64,000 nt of DNA from Octopus vulgaris (taxonomy: Eukaryota), in NCBI GenBank assembly GCA_951406725.2, contig OX597836.1, forward strand, positions 40,114,001-40,178,000. The letters run 5' to 3'. The translations under genes and the position numbers were made by a program. Positions within the stretch are counted from its first letter, which is position 1. Every line of letters begins with the position of its first letter. The notes beneath the pieces were generated by a model. It was not told the DNA's origin, did no database searches, and saw nothing but the letters and a program-made list of their open reading frames with translations. This document shows, piece after piece, positions 53,228-64,000 of this stretch.

Positions 53228-53835
53228 AATATAATAATGAAATTATCGTATACAGTGCTCAGGTGCACCACAACTTGTCAAAAGTGCGTATAAAGCATAT
53301 GCAGTAATGTACAAATGTCTGGGAAGTGAACAGTGTATGAGTCAGATACATGCTTGTGTGTGTATGGAGGGGAGAAAATCAGGTGTAGTGTTGGCGAATC
53401 TCAGGAAGCATGGAAGTTTTGAAGGATGCAGTGCTTCGACAACTAACAACTGATGCCGGTAGTTTGTTCCATGCTTCAGCAACTCTTAGCCTGAAAAAAT
53501 GTTTCCGAAAGTCATGGGATCTGTGCTGTTTTCTGACTTTGTATACATGTCCACGGGTGTTAGACAGGTGGAGTTTGAAAAGGTGCTCAGAGTTTTTGTT
53601 AGTAAGATGGTCAATAATTTTATGGGTGTCTGCCAAGTCAGCTGCCAGACGTCAGAGTTTCAATATATCCATGCCCAGGGAAGTAAGGCGTTCAGAATAT
53701 GGCAAATGCCTGATGGAGGTTATTGTCTTGGTTGCACGTCGCTGAACGATTTCCAGATGATTAATATACTGGGCAAGATGGGGGTTCCAGACCGATGATG
53801 CAAATTCTAGGTGAGGCCGCACCATAGCTATATAT
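53228..53835 (-). mobile_element. CR1-type LINE 3' fragment
   Basis: YIAMVRPHLEFASSVWNPH...LEIVQRRATK...YSERL...NTRGH...RKHFFRLRVAEAWNKLP, followed by a 3' UTR. Confidence 0.9.
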
Positions 53836-53869
53836 ATTGTAACGAATTGTAATAATGATCTTATTCTAT

Positions 53870-56560
53870 ACAATGCTTTTCAGGAAAGGGTAATAGAAGT
53901 GGGGGACAGAAAACAGTTGTGAGGGAAATGTAGAAAGACAGTAATGAGAACCAAAAGGACATGCATCGTCTACAGAATAAAATATAAAAAGACAGAAAAG
54001 TGAACAATTTATTTTAGCTTTATTTTTTACTAAAGCTTTTCGGTGTAAGATAAATGAAAGTGCTAGGTTTTCAATTTTGACGGTTGGTAATTGTCTTGTC
54101 TTTTCGTAATAGAAAAGAAACGAGTGCAGAGACATTTTTGGGGTGGAAAATGTTAGTCGTCGTATTTCTTGTTTTGTGTGTTTTGATGCAAGAATTTTTT
54201 GTGTAATTGAGCTGTATTGTGTCCTCCTTAATTTCTGAGTGTGTATTGTTTATACACGTCCCACTCTGTTGTAAATTACTGTTGTTAGGTACTATCTTTC
54301 AAATAGTATTTATTTTAATAGTTGGAAACTGTTATTCTGAAATTCAAAGTGAAAACTATTACACGTATTATTAAATGGTATATTTATTTTGGTATGTTTT
54401 GGGTGACAACAATTAAATAGTAAGTATTGTTTACAGTCTGTCGGTTTGTAGGGGATAGTTGGATCTCTTTTGATGACTCAAGTATACACGCAGGGAAGTG
54501 ATCAGATTCAGAATCGTGTATTGCTGCTTATATTATCAATTAAGGTTTCCAAATCATTACGTAGATCAAATCTGTGGGTTAACGGGATGAAACTGTCATC
54601 CAATTACTCATTAAAGTTTTCTTATAGGTTTTTATTGAAGCTAATGCGGTATTTTAGTGTAGATTATTCATAGATTTGAACTTTTAGCCATACCAGTACA
54701 AATTTGGAGTAAGTTGGAGCAGCTTTTGTTCCCATCGACGTCCCTAATGTTCTTTCGTAAACGAAGTCATTCGAGTTGAAAAAAATGATTTTTTAAGATA
54801 AAATTAATTTTTTCAGCAATTAGTTTTCTTCTCTCTTCGACATGGGATTTCATTGGGAGAAGCGTTCAAGTCGAAAGTCGAGTACGTTAGTAGCATAAAT
54901 GCTTACTAAATCAAATGATACAAAAATAGTATTTAACTTTTATTTATTATATTTTTCGGAAAATGGTTAAACAGTGCCAAATTATCTCTTATAACGCTTG
55001 GTATGTTTCAGAATGGTTTTTAGCAGTATGTCTATAAAGTTGCTGAGTTTGTACGTTTCACTGTTTGGGACCGACTACAACTGGTTTTAATTTAAGTTCG
55101 TTGGAATGTAGTATGTTTCTACATGTTGAAGTTGATTCTTTGCAAGTGTCGTACATCGTTTTAATTTTATGAATTTCAAGGCGTCCGTATAAATAGCTGG
55201 TTTTGCATCTCAAATTCGTTAGGTAGTCGCATCCCTATTTATTTTAGCTTTATTTTTTACTAAAGCTTTTCGATGTAGGATAAATGAAAGTGCTTGGTTT
55301 TCATCTTCATTTTTGACGGTTGGTTATTGTCTTGTCTTTTCGTAACATCACTAGGTGAGACAAGCTGACACTGAATCAGCTTCGCTGACTGACAGGTGAC
55401 GGTCGTTTAGAAAATGCGCGGGCTAGAACTACGCGCCTTCACTGGTCAGTTAAGGTGAAACAGTGTCACGTGACAACTTGCTGAGGTTGCCTGCTGGAGC
55501 CTAGCGACAGGTATTTAAAGGGAAATTTTTGACAGGTCAGTCAGTCACCGGCTGACACTCGCTGACGATACATCGAAGAGGCCAGGGAACAGAAGAAAGA
55601 AGAAGAAAGAAGACATGCACTTAACACCAGAGCTGAAGACACCTCCGAAAGCGGGGGCCCCGCCACGTCAAAACGGTAGAGGAGTAGGGACCGAAACCGG
55701 ACGTGGTTCCTCCTGATGATGTCTTGAGTTAACTGGACCCTATAAAGGAGCTGTTGTGGTAGCAGACCACGAAACACAGTTGTAATTCCTCCTGTCTTGT
55801 AATAGGAATAATTTGGTGCTTTTTTTAGTAGTCAATATCCAGAATGAATACAGTACTTCCTTTATCTGCGTTTTTACTTACGATATGATTGTTGACATTT
55901 TAGTCCATGGATGAGTTCCCATTTCTTTCGACTGGGGTTAGATTTCGATTTAAAATGTAATAATTCACTATATAAAATCACAAAACTTACCCGATGCTTT
56001 CTGTCTCCATTTTATTGAGTTGTAATTAATTTTATTTCCTACTTGATTCGTCATTGTTTCCTGGTCAAATAATTCTTCTGTTGGACGTAATTTTCGACAC
56101 AACGAACAGATATCGCCCAGTATTTTATTGACATTACAGTTTTGCGGTATTGGATTGGCTTTTAAACCGCTTGAGGGGACTTGAATTTGTTATGTCGAAA
56201 CGGTTTGTATGAAAGACTGATTATCTTTAGTTTCTACATTTGGTTTATAAAATCTGGTGTCGCAAATTTTGTCGATTTGATCTTACAGAAAGTATTTTTG
56301 AGCCTGTCATTCAGTTAGTGTTTCTTATCTTTTTTTTTTTTTTTGTTATGCGTAAACCGTTTCTCTGTTTTTATCAACATTTCTCTAGTGTATTCATTCT
56401 TTGGTCTACATAGTGGTTAGTTCCTTCTGTGATTGTTTCTTGGATTATAATGTCCGTGCTTTTGTATATATTGAAATTTTTCTATTCTGCGAGATGTCCT
56501 CCCTTGAGAAAAAGAAGCTTTGGATAGTTGCACTGGTACATCACCTAAATATCCTGGATT
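53870..56560 (-). mobile_element. Decayed Penelope-like element reverse transcriptase ORF
   Basis: Motifs in order: KNADKGSTVFILD (about 55850), DYLTNLRCKTSYLYGRLEIHK (about 55200), KPVVVGP...KLSNFIDILLK, FVSFDLVSIY, GTSMGTKAAPTY (about 54730), LDDSFI. Many stops and frameshifts. Confidence 0.85.
55345..55778 (+). mobile_element. GC-richer unclassified insert (possibly LTR-like) within the PLE
   Basis: Abrupt composition shift, TATA-like tatttaaa at about 55512, ends ...aacaCA; no clear TSD. Confidence 0.35.
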
Positions 56561-56725
56561 CAAAGTAGTTATATATATATATATATAACGGGAAGGTTTA
56601 CGAAAATAAACAAAAGACGAAGGCAGGTGGAGTACAAACAAATAATGTATTAGTATGGCGCTCATGAATAGAAATAAAACAAGTCTTATATATATATATA
56701 TATATATAGTTGGTCTCTGGCTTGT

Positions 56726-57049
56726 GAAGACGCATACCTGAGTGGTTAGAGTATTTTCTTCACGATCGAAAGGTCCTGCGTTCGATTCCTGATGGTGCGT
56801 TTTGTCCTTAAACAAGACAATTTACTTCACGTTGCTCCAGTCCACTCAGCTGGCAAAAATGAGTTGTACCTGTAATTCAGAAGGCCTAACCTTGTTACAT
56901 TCTGTGTCACGTTGAATATCCCTGAGAACTACGTTAAGAGTATACATGTCTGTGGAGTGCTCAGCCACTTGCACGTTAATTTTATAAGCAGTCCATTTCG
57001 TTGATTGGATCAACTGGAAGCCTCGTCGTCGTAACCGACGGAGAACCAG
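56726..57049 (+). mobile_element. Fam-D SINE (tRNA head, CORE-like block, tail 1)
   Basis: gagtggttagag...gttcgattcc, tgtccttaaacaagaca...ccactcagctggcaaaaatgag, then the same tail as 16542-16925. Confidence 0.85.
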
Positions 57050-57074
57050 TTTTTATGAATATTGTACTCACGGT

Positions 57075-57365
57075 AAGACGGTCGTGAGTTCGATTTATGG
57101 TGACGCGTTGTGTCCTTGAGCGAGACACTTTACTTCACATTGCTCCAGTCCACTCAGCTAGCAAAAATGAGATAGTACACGTATTTGAAAAGGGACCAGC
57201 CTGTGTCACAATCTGTGTCACACTGAATCTCCCTGAGAACTACGTTAAGGGTACGCCATAACTGCAGAGAGCTCAAACACTTACACGCTAACTTCACGAG
57301 CTGGCTGTTCCATTGATCGGATGAATTGGGACCCACCCACGTCATCATAACCGACACAGTGCCAA
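57075..57365 (+). mobile_element. Fam-D SINE, second copy
   Basis: gagttcgattt...tgtgtccttgagcgagacactttacttcac...gaactacgttaagggtac. Confidence 0.8.
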
Positions 57366-57790
57366 TTGAAGGTCTTTGGTGGCTATTTTCGCAATTTCCA
57401 ATTCCATTTGTTCGTCAATTCATTTCAAATCTCCATCAATGGAATTCGCCTTTACTAGTAATATTTTAATTCCCATTCTATACATGTCTAGAACTATCTT
57501 CTCTCTTGGATTTCTTTGTTACACAGATTCATTATGAATAGGTTTAATTTGTAAATTTTTTCCAAGGAATCTCAATCGATATTGAAATTAATCTATTTTT
57601 CATATATTTTCATATATTTCGTCTTTGTCAATATTTTTTTTATGTGTACTAAAAAAACCAATTCACTGGTTGTAAGGCTTTCTTTCCAAATATGATTTAA
57701 TCTATATTTCATTGAATATATTTGCCGTTGCAGATCAATGCTGGTTATTTTCTTATTTTACTATGTGTTCAGTATAATTACGGTCACTAT

Positions 57791-57956
57791 AGGCGCAGGA
57801 GTGGCTGTGTGGTAAGTAGCTTGCTAACCAACCACATGGTTCCGGGTTCAGTCCCACTGCGTGGTATCTTGGGCAAATGTCTTCTGCTATAGCCCCGGGC
57901 CGACCAATGCCTTGTGAGTGGATTTGGTAGACGGAAACTGAAAGAAGCCTGTCGTA

Positions 57957-58001
<45 letters not shown>

Positions 58002-58219
58002 TTGTGTGTCTGTGTTTGTCCCCCTAGCATTGCTTGACAACCGATGCTGGTTTGTTTACGTCCCCGTCACTTAGCGGTTCGGCAAAAGAGACCGATAGAA
58101 TAAGTACTGGGCTTACAAAGAATAAGTCCCGGGGTCGATTTGCTCGACTAAAGGCGGTGCTCCAGCATGGCCGCAGTCAAATGACTGAAACAAGTAAAAG
58201 AGTAAAAGAGTAAAAGAGT
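57791..58219 (+). mobile_element. Fam-A SINE, full length (reference copy)
   Basis: Complete, with a (gtaaaaga)3 tail. Confidence 0.93.
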
Positions 58220-58295
58220 ATAGTTTTACATAATTACTTTAAGAATTTATTAACCTCCGCTTCTTAAGTGCTGCTTCTTCCCTCTGTTCATTTCT

Positions 58296-58455
58296 TATTT
58301 CTTTATTGCCCACAAGGGGCTAAAAAACAGGGGGGGGGGGCAAACAAGGACAGACAAACGGATTAAGTCGATTACATCGACTCCAATGCGCAACTGGTAC
58401 TTATTTAATCGAGCCCTAAAGGATGAAAAGCAAAGTCGACCTCGGTAGAATTGGA
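58296..58455 (-). mobile_element. Fam-B SINE, 5'-truncated
   Basis: tttctttattgcccacaaggggc...ggatgaaaagcaaagtcgacctcgg. Confidence 0.8.
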
Positions 58456-59118
58456 ATTCGGCGGACGTGCCTGTGTACATGTGTGTGTGCGCATGTATGT
58501 GCATATGTGTGTGCGCGTGCGTGCGTGTGTGTTTGTGGGAGTGTGTGTTTGCATGTATGTGTGTGTGTGTGTGTGTGCATGTATGTGTGCGCATGTGTGT
58601 ATGCGTGCGTGCGTGCATGTGCGTGCGCGTGTGTGCATGTGTATGTATGTGTGTATTTATGTGTGTGTATGTGAGTGCATGTGTGTGTGTGTTAATGTAT
58701 GTATGTGTGCGTGTGTGTGTAAGTGTGTGTGTGTATGTGTGTGTGAGTCCAGGCGTTTGTGAGCTCTACTGACAACATGTAAACTAGTAGAACCGGTTGT
58801 TAGACGGTCGGGGTTCCCGAAGACTGGCAGCGTTTACAAGCTCATCTGGCGAAGAGGTTAACTTTCGACATCCTACAGGACGAAGGGCAACACCTGCCAA
58901 AAGGTCGTGTGAAATGTGAGAAGTATATAATCATCGAATGATGTATACATCATATACACGCTGGATGTGTATTTTGTCATCAATCACATTCTTTTATCCT
59001 TTGGTGTTAGTCCCAGTTGGCACGAAGCGATTTGTCAACCTGCTGTGGAAGAGGAGATAACTCAAATAAACCAAGTGTATATATCTTGTATATTAATTTG
59101 ACATGCCCTTATATATAT

Positions 59119-59218
59119 ACTCTTTTACTCTTTTACTTGTTTCGGTCATTTGACTGCGGCCATGCTGGAGCACCGCCTTTAGTCGAGCAAATCGACCCCG
59201 GGACTTATTCTTTGTAAG
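59119..59218 (-). mobile_element. Fam-A SINE 3' end
   Basis: actcttttactcttttacttgtttc...cttattctttgtaag. Confidence 0.85.
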
Positions 59219-59334
59219 CTCTAAGTTGAAAAACACTTTTGAATAGAAAATGTCGATACACAACGCACCTACAATCGCTGCTGCTGCTACTACTACTGCT
59301 GCTACTACTACTGCTGCTACTACTACTGCTGCTT

Positions 59335-59724
59335 GTTTGTTTGTTTGTTTGTTTGTTTAGCGAAGCGGTTTTCGTCCCTTTATTGGGAGAAGTCCGAAAC
59401 GTGGTCCTTTGCTATTCGTAAAACCCACAGAAGAGAAAGCAGGTCAACCCCCCGACACCGGGAGCATCGACGGATGGATGAATGCTCGTCCAGGCTCAGC
59501 AGTTGCGTAGGAAGTCGGGGGGGACAAGAAACAGGAAGAGAGAGTGAGAGAAAATTGGGGCGAAAGAGTACAACAGGGGTCGCCACCACCATCCCCTGCC
59601 GGAACCTCGTGGAGCTTTAAGTGTTTTCGCTCAATAAACACACACAACGCCCGGTCTTGGAATCGAAACCGCGATACTCCGACCGCGAGTCCGCTGCCCT
59701 AACCACTGGGCCATTGCACCTCCA
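59335..59724 (-). mobile_element. Fam-C SINE with tail 4, ending in (AAAC)n
   Basis: Fam-C head, then ttgtcccccccgacttcctacg...cccaataaagggacgaaaaccgcttcgctaaacaaac. Confidence 0.85.
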
Positions 59725-59911
59725 CTACTGCTGCTGCTGTTGTTCTTGTTGTTAGTGCGGTTATATGAGATCTGCTGTATGAGACAGAATACTGAATGAA
59801 ATAATGAGGAAACACACAACAAGTCTGTTAATGTGATCATTATTAACGTTAGACTAATTCTTGCTGTAATTCACGAATGATTTCCTTACACAACACTGAA
59901 TATTCAAGGAA

Positions 59912-60013
59912 GATGCGTGTGTATGTGTGTGTGTGTAAGTGTTTGTTCGTATGTGTATACGTATGTGTGTGTATGGATATAGGCACGTATGTGCGTATGT
60001 CTGTGTGTCTTTG

Positions 60014-60048
<35 letters not shown>

Positions 60049-60913
60049 GTGTATGGATATGTTCGTATATGTGCGTATATGTGCGTATATTTTTTGTATG
60101 TGTATATGTGTTTGTATGGAAATATGCACGTCTGTGCGTATGTCTGTGTATGTTTGTGCATGTATGTGTATATATGTGTGTGTTTGTGTTTGTATGTGTA
60201 TATGTGTGTGTATATGTGTGTGTATATGTGTGTGTATGTTTGTGTATATGTGTGTGTATGTTTGTGTTTGTATGCGTATATGTGTGTGTATGTTTGTGTT
60301 TGTATGTGTATATGTGTGTGTGTATGTTTGTGTTTGTATGTGTATATGTGTGTGTATGTTTGTGTTTGTATGTGTATATGTGTGTGTATATGTTTGTGTT
60401 TGTTTGTGTATATGTGTGTGTATGTTTGTGTTTGTATGTGTGTATGTGTGTGTATGTTTGTGTTTGCATGCGTATATGTGTGTGTATGTTTGTGTTTGTA
60501 TGTGTATATGTGTGTGTATGGATATGTGCGTATGTTTGTGTATGTGTTTGTACGTATGAATATGTGTGTGTTTGTGTGTGTGTGTGTGTGGATATGTGCG
60601 TATATGTGCGCATGTTTGTGTAGGTATGTTTGTATGTATGTGTATATGTGTGTATGGATATATGCATGTATGATCGTATGTTTGTATATATGTATATGTA
60701 TGTCCGTGTGAATATATGCACATAAGTGCGTATGTTTGTGTGTGTATGTTTGTATGTATGTGTATGTGTGTGTATGGATATGCGCGTATGTTTGTGGGTG
60801 TGTATGTATGTGTGTGTGTATGGATATGTGCGTGTATGCATCTGTATGTCAGTGTTATGGAGATTTGTGTATATGTGTGTATGTGTACGTATGTGATTTT
60901 GTGTATGGATATG

Positions 60914-60948
<35 letters not shown>

Positions 60949-61332
60949 CTGTATAAATGGGTATGTGTGTATACATGTATGTATGTCTGTGAGTATGTGC
61001 ATGTATATAGAGATATGTGTATATATGCGCGCATAAGTGTATATATGCGCGTATATGTGTGTATATGCGCATATATGTGTATATATGCGCGTATATCTAT
61101 ATGTATGTGCGCATATGTGTATATATGCGCGTATATGTGTGTATATGCGCATATATGTGTATATATGCGCGTATATCTATATGTATGTGCGCATATGTGT
61201 ATATATGCGCGTATATGTATATATGCGCATATATGTGTATTTATGCTCGTATATGTGTATATATGCGCGTATGTGTATATATCCGCATGTAAGTATATAT
61301 ATGCGCGTATATGTGTATATATGCGCGCATAA

Positions 61333-61385
<53 letters not shown>
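59912..61385. repeat. (TG)/(TA) compound satellite with 78 bp higher-order units near 61040-61220
   Basis: tatctatatg occurs at about 61095 and about 61173. Confidence 0.9.
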
Positions 61386-61479
61386 CTTACATGTGCGTGT
61401 TTATATCATGATATCACTGTTTGCACATGCTTCTTCTTGTTATTGTTTATATTTTTTTGTTATTATTTTCGGATACCAT

Positions 61480-61852
61480 TTGTTGCTTTTGTTGTTGTTG
61501 TTGTTGTTATTTAATTTGTTATGAATATCGAATTGTTCTTCCCAATGTTTGTCGTTGTTTCTCCATCTTTTTTATTGTTGCTCGTTATGTTGTTGTTGTT
61601 GCTGTTGTTGTTGATGTTGTTGTTGCTGTTGTTGTTGCTGTTGTTGTTGTTGTTGCTGTTGTATTGACGTTTTAATTTTCGTCTGTCACTATCATGCTCG
61701 CGATTACCACCGCCACCATCAACATCACCACCATAATGGTTACAGTCACTTTCATCGCTACCACCAACAACAACACCAACACGACAACAACGGCATCACC
61801 ACCATCAACACAGCCATTATGACCATTCACCAACATCACCACCAACACCAAC

Positions 61853-61884
<32 letters not shown>

Positions 61885-63594
61885 CAACAGCATCACCACC
61901 ACCAACACCACCACCACCAACACCACCACCAACAACAACAACACCAACACCACCACCAACACCACCACCAACAACAACAACACAACACCAACACCACCAC
62001 CAACAACAACAACACCAACACCACCACCAACACCACCACCAACAACAACATCACCAACAACAACAGCATCACCACCATCAACGCCATCAACGCTACCATT
62101 ATGACCATCACCAACACCACCACCAACACTACCAACGCCACCACCAACAACACCACGACCATTAATAGAGACCAGCACCACCATTAACACCTCCACCATC
62201 AACACAATCATTGCAACCGCCGCCACCACCATCACCATCAACAACAACAACAAGACCAGCAGTATCATCACCAACGCCACCACCACCACCATTCACACAT
62301 CCATTGTGACCATCAACACTGCCACCAACTACACCCTCACCACCACCAGACCCAACGCCTCCCTCCGCCTAAAACTATCGCCTCCAGCAACGCGACCACC
62401 ACAACTGCACCCGTTATCAATAGCGACATAAAGAGCAATACCACCATTCTTACTACCATCAATACCATTGCAACGCCATCGACATCATCACCATCACCAC
62501 TGCCACCACCAACACCAATATCGTGACCAGCATCATCATCACCATAAGCACATTATCACCACCATCACAACCACCATCATTACGGCTACCAATGCCATTA
62601 CAATGACCACAATCATCATCATCATCATCATTGTCAACATCATCATCATTCATCATCATCATCATCAACATTATTATTATTATCATTGTCATCATCATCA
62701 TCATTCATCATCATTCATCATTCATCATCGTCATCATCATCATTCATCATCATTCATCATCATCATTCATCATTTATCGTCATCCTCATCTCCATCATCA
62801 TCATCGTCGTCCTCCTCATCATCATTCATCATCATTATTCATCATTCATTATCATTCATCATCATTATCATTCATCATCATTATCATTCATCATCATCAT
62901 TCATCATCACCATTCATCATCACCATTCATCATCATTCATTATCATTCATTATCATTCATCATCATTATCATTCATCATCATCATTCATCATCACCATTC
63001 ATCATCACCATTCATCATCATTCATTATCATTCATTATCATTCATCATCATTATCATTCATCATCATCATTCATCATCACCATTCATCATCACCATTCAT
63101 CATCATTCATTATCATTCATTATCATTCATCATCATTATCATTCATCATCACCATTCATCATCACCATTCATCATCATTCATTATCATTCATTATCATTC
63201 ATCATCATTATCATTCATCATCATCATTCATCATCACCATTCATCATCACCATTCATCATCATTCATTATCATTCATTATCATTCATCATCATTATCATT
63301 CATCATCATCATTCATCATCACCATTCATCATCACCATTCATCATCATTCATTATCATTCATTATCATTCATCATCATTATCATTCATCATCACCATTCA
63401 TCATCACCATTCATCATCATTCATTATCATTCATTATCATTCATCATCATCATCATTCATCATCATCATTCATCCTCATTCATCATTCATCATCACTATC
63501 ATCATCAGCAGCAGCAGCAGCATCATTATCATCGCCATCATCTTTATCATTCATCATTGCAACCGATATATTTTTCTTTATCTTGGTTCACCTA

Positions 63595-63632
<38 letters not shown>

Positions 63633-64000
63633 TCTGCTGTAATTGCTGCTGTAGTTGCCGCTGGTGCTTTTGTTGTTGTTGCTATTGTTGTTGTTATTGC
63701 TATTCTTCATCACATTGATATTGTTTATTTACCCAGAGTACATCATTAAAAATAGAGAAATAATTATTATTATTGATTTTGCGGGGAGGCTTAGGGTAGT
63801 GTTAGCAGTGGTGGTGGTGGTGGTGGTGGTGGTGATGATGGTGGTGGTGGTGGTGGTGGTGGTGGTGGTGGTGGTGATGGGTGGTGATGGTAGTGGTGAT
63901 GGTGGTGGTTGTAATGGGGGTGATGTTGGTGACGGCTGTGATAGTGGTGGTGTGGTGGTGGTGGTGGCGGCGGCGGCGGTGGTAACGGTGGTGATGAGAG
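61480..64000. repeat. Compound triplet-repeat field (GTT/CAC/CAA/CAT/GGT)
   Basis: Direct reading. Confidence 0.9.

Noticed and set aside
55630-55775. ctgaaga/ctgatga and gaaa motifs suggesting a hammerhead
   Set aside because: Stems I and II could not be paired in any topology tried.

Overview
Eukaryotic, AT-rich, almost entirely repetitive DNA. The dense (TA)n/(TG)n/(GATA)n/(TAA)n/(CAT)n microsatellites and the SINE families look like an octopus (coleoid cephalopod) genome; this is an inference from repeat content. No host protein-coding exon could be supported, and nearly all ORFs in the supplied track are microsatellite translations. The window contains: (i) four tRNA-derived SINE families, given working names Fam-A (CORE-like, internal microsatellite), Fam-B (Meta-like), Fam-C (one head with four different tails) and Fam-D (CORE-like); (ii) decayed LINE fragments of RTE, R4/Dong, CRE-like, Tx1/L1 and CR1 type; (iii) a decayed Penelope-like element (PLE) and PLE-type hammerhead ribozymes, one intact and one nearly intact; (iv) non-autonomous Helitrons, a mariner fragment and a bipartite non-autonomous RTE element. 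The most notable signal is Fam-B. It forms head-to-tail multimers at five loci, always broken at the same internal nucleotide at the base of a hairpin, up to a 9 x 184 bp array. Its target-site duplications (TSDs) start with the same GTA(T) motif, which suggests a SINE that inserts into itself, possibly mobilised by a Tx1-type LINE. All family assignments come from recognising motifs by eye, not from database searches.
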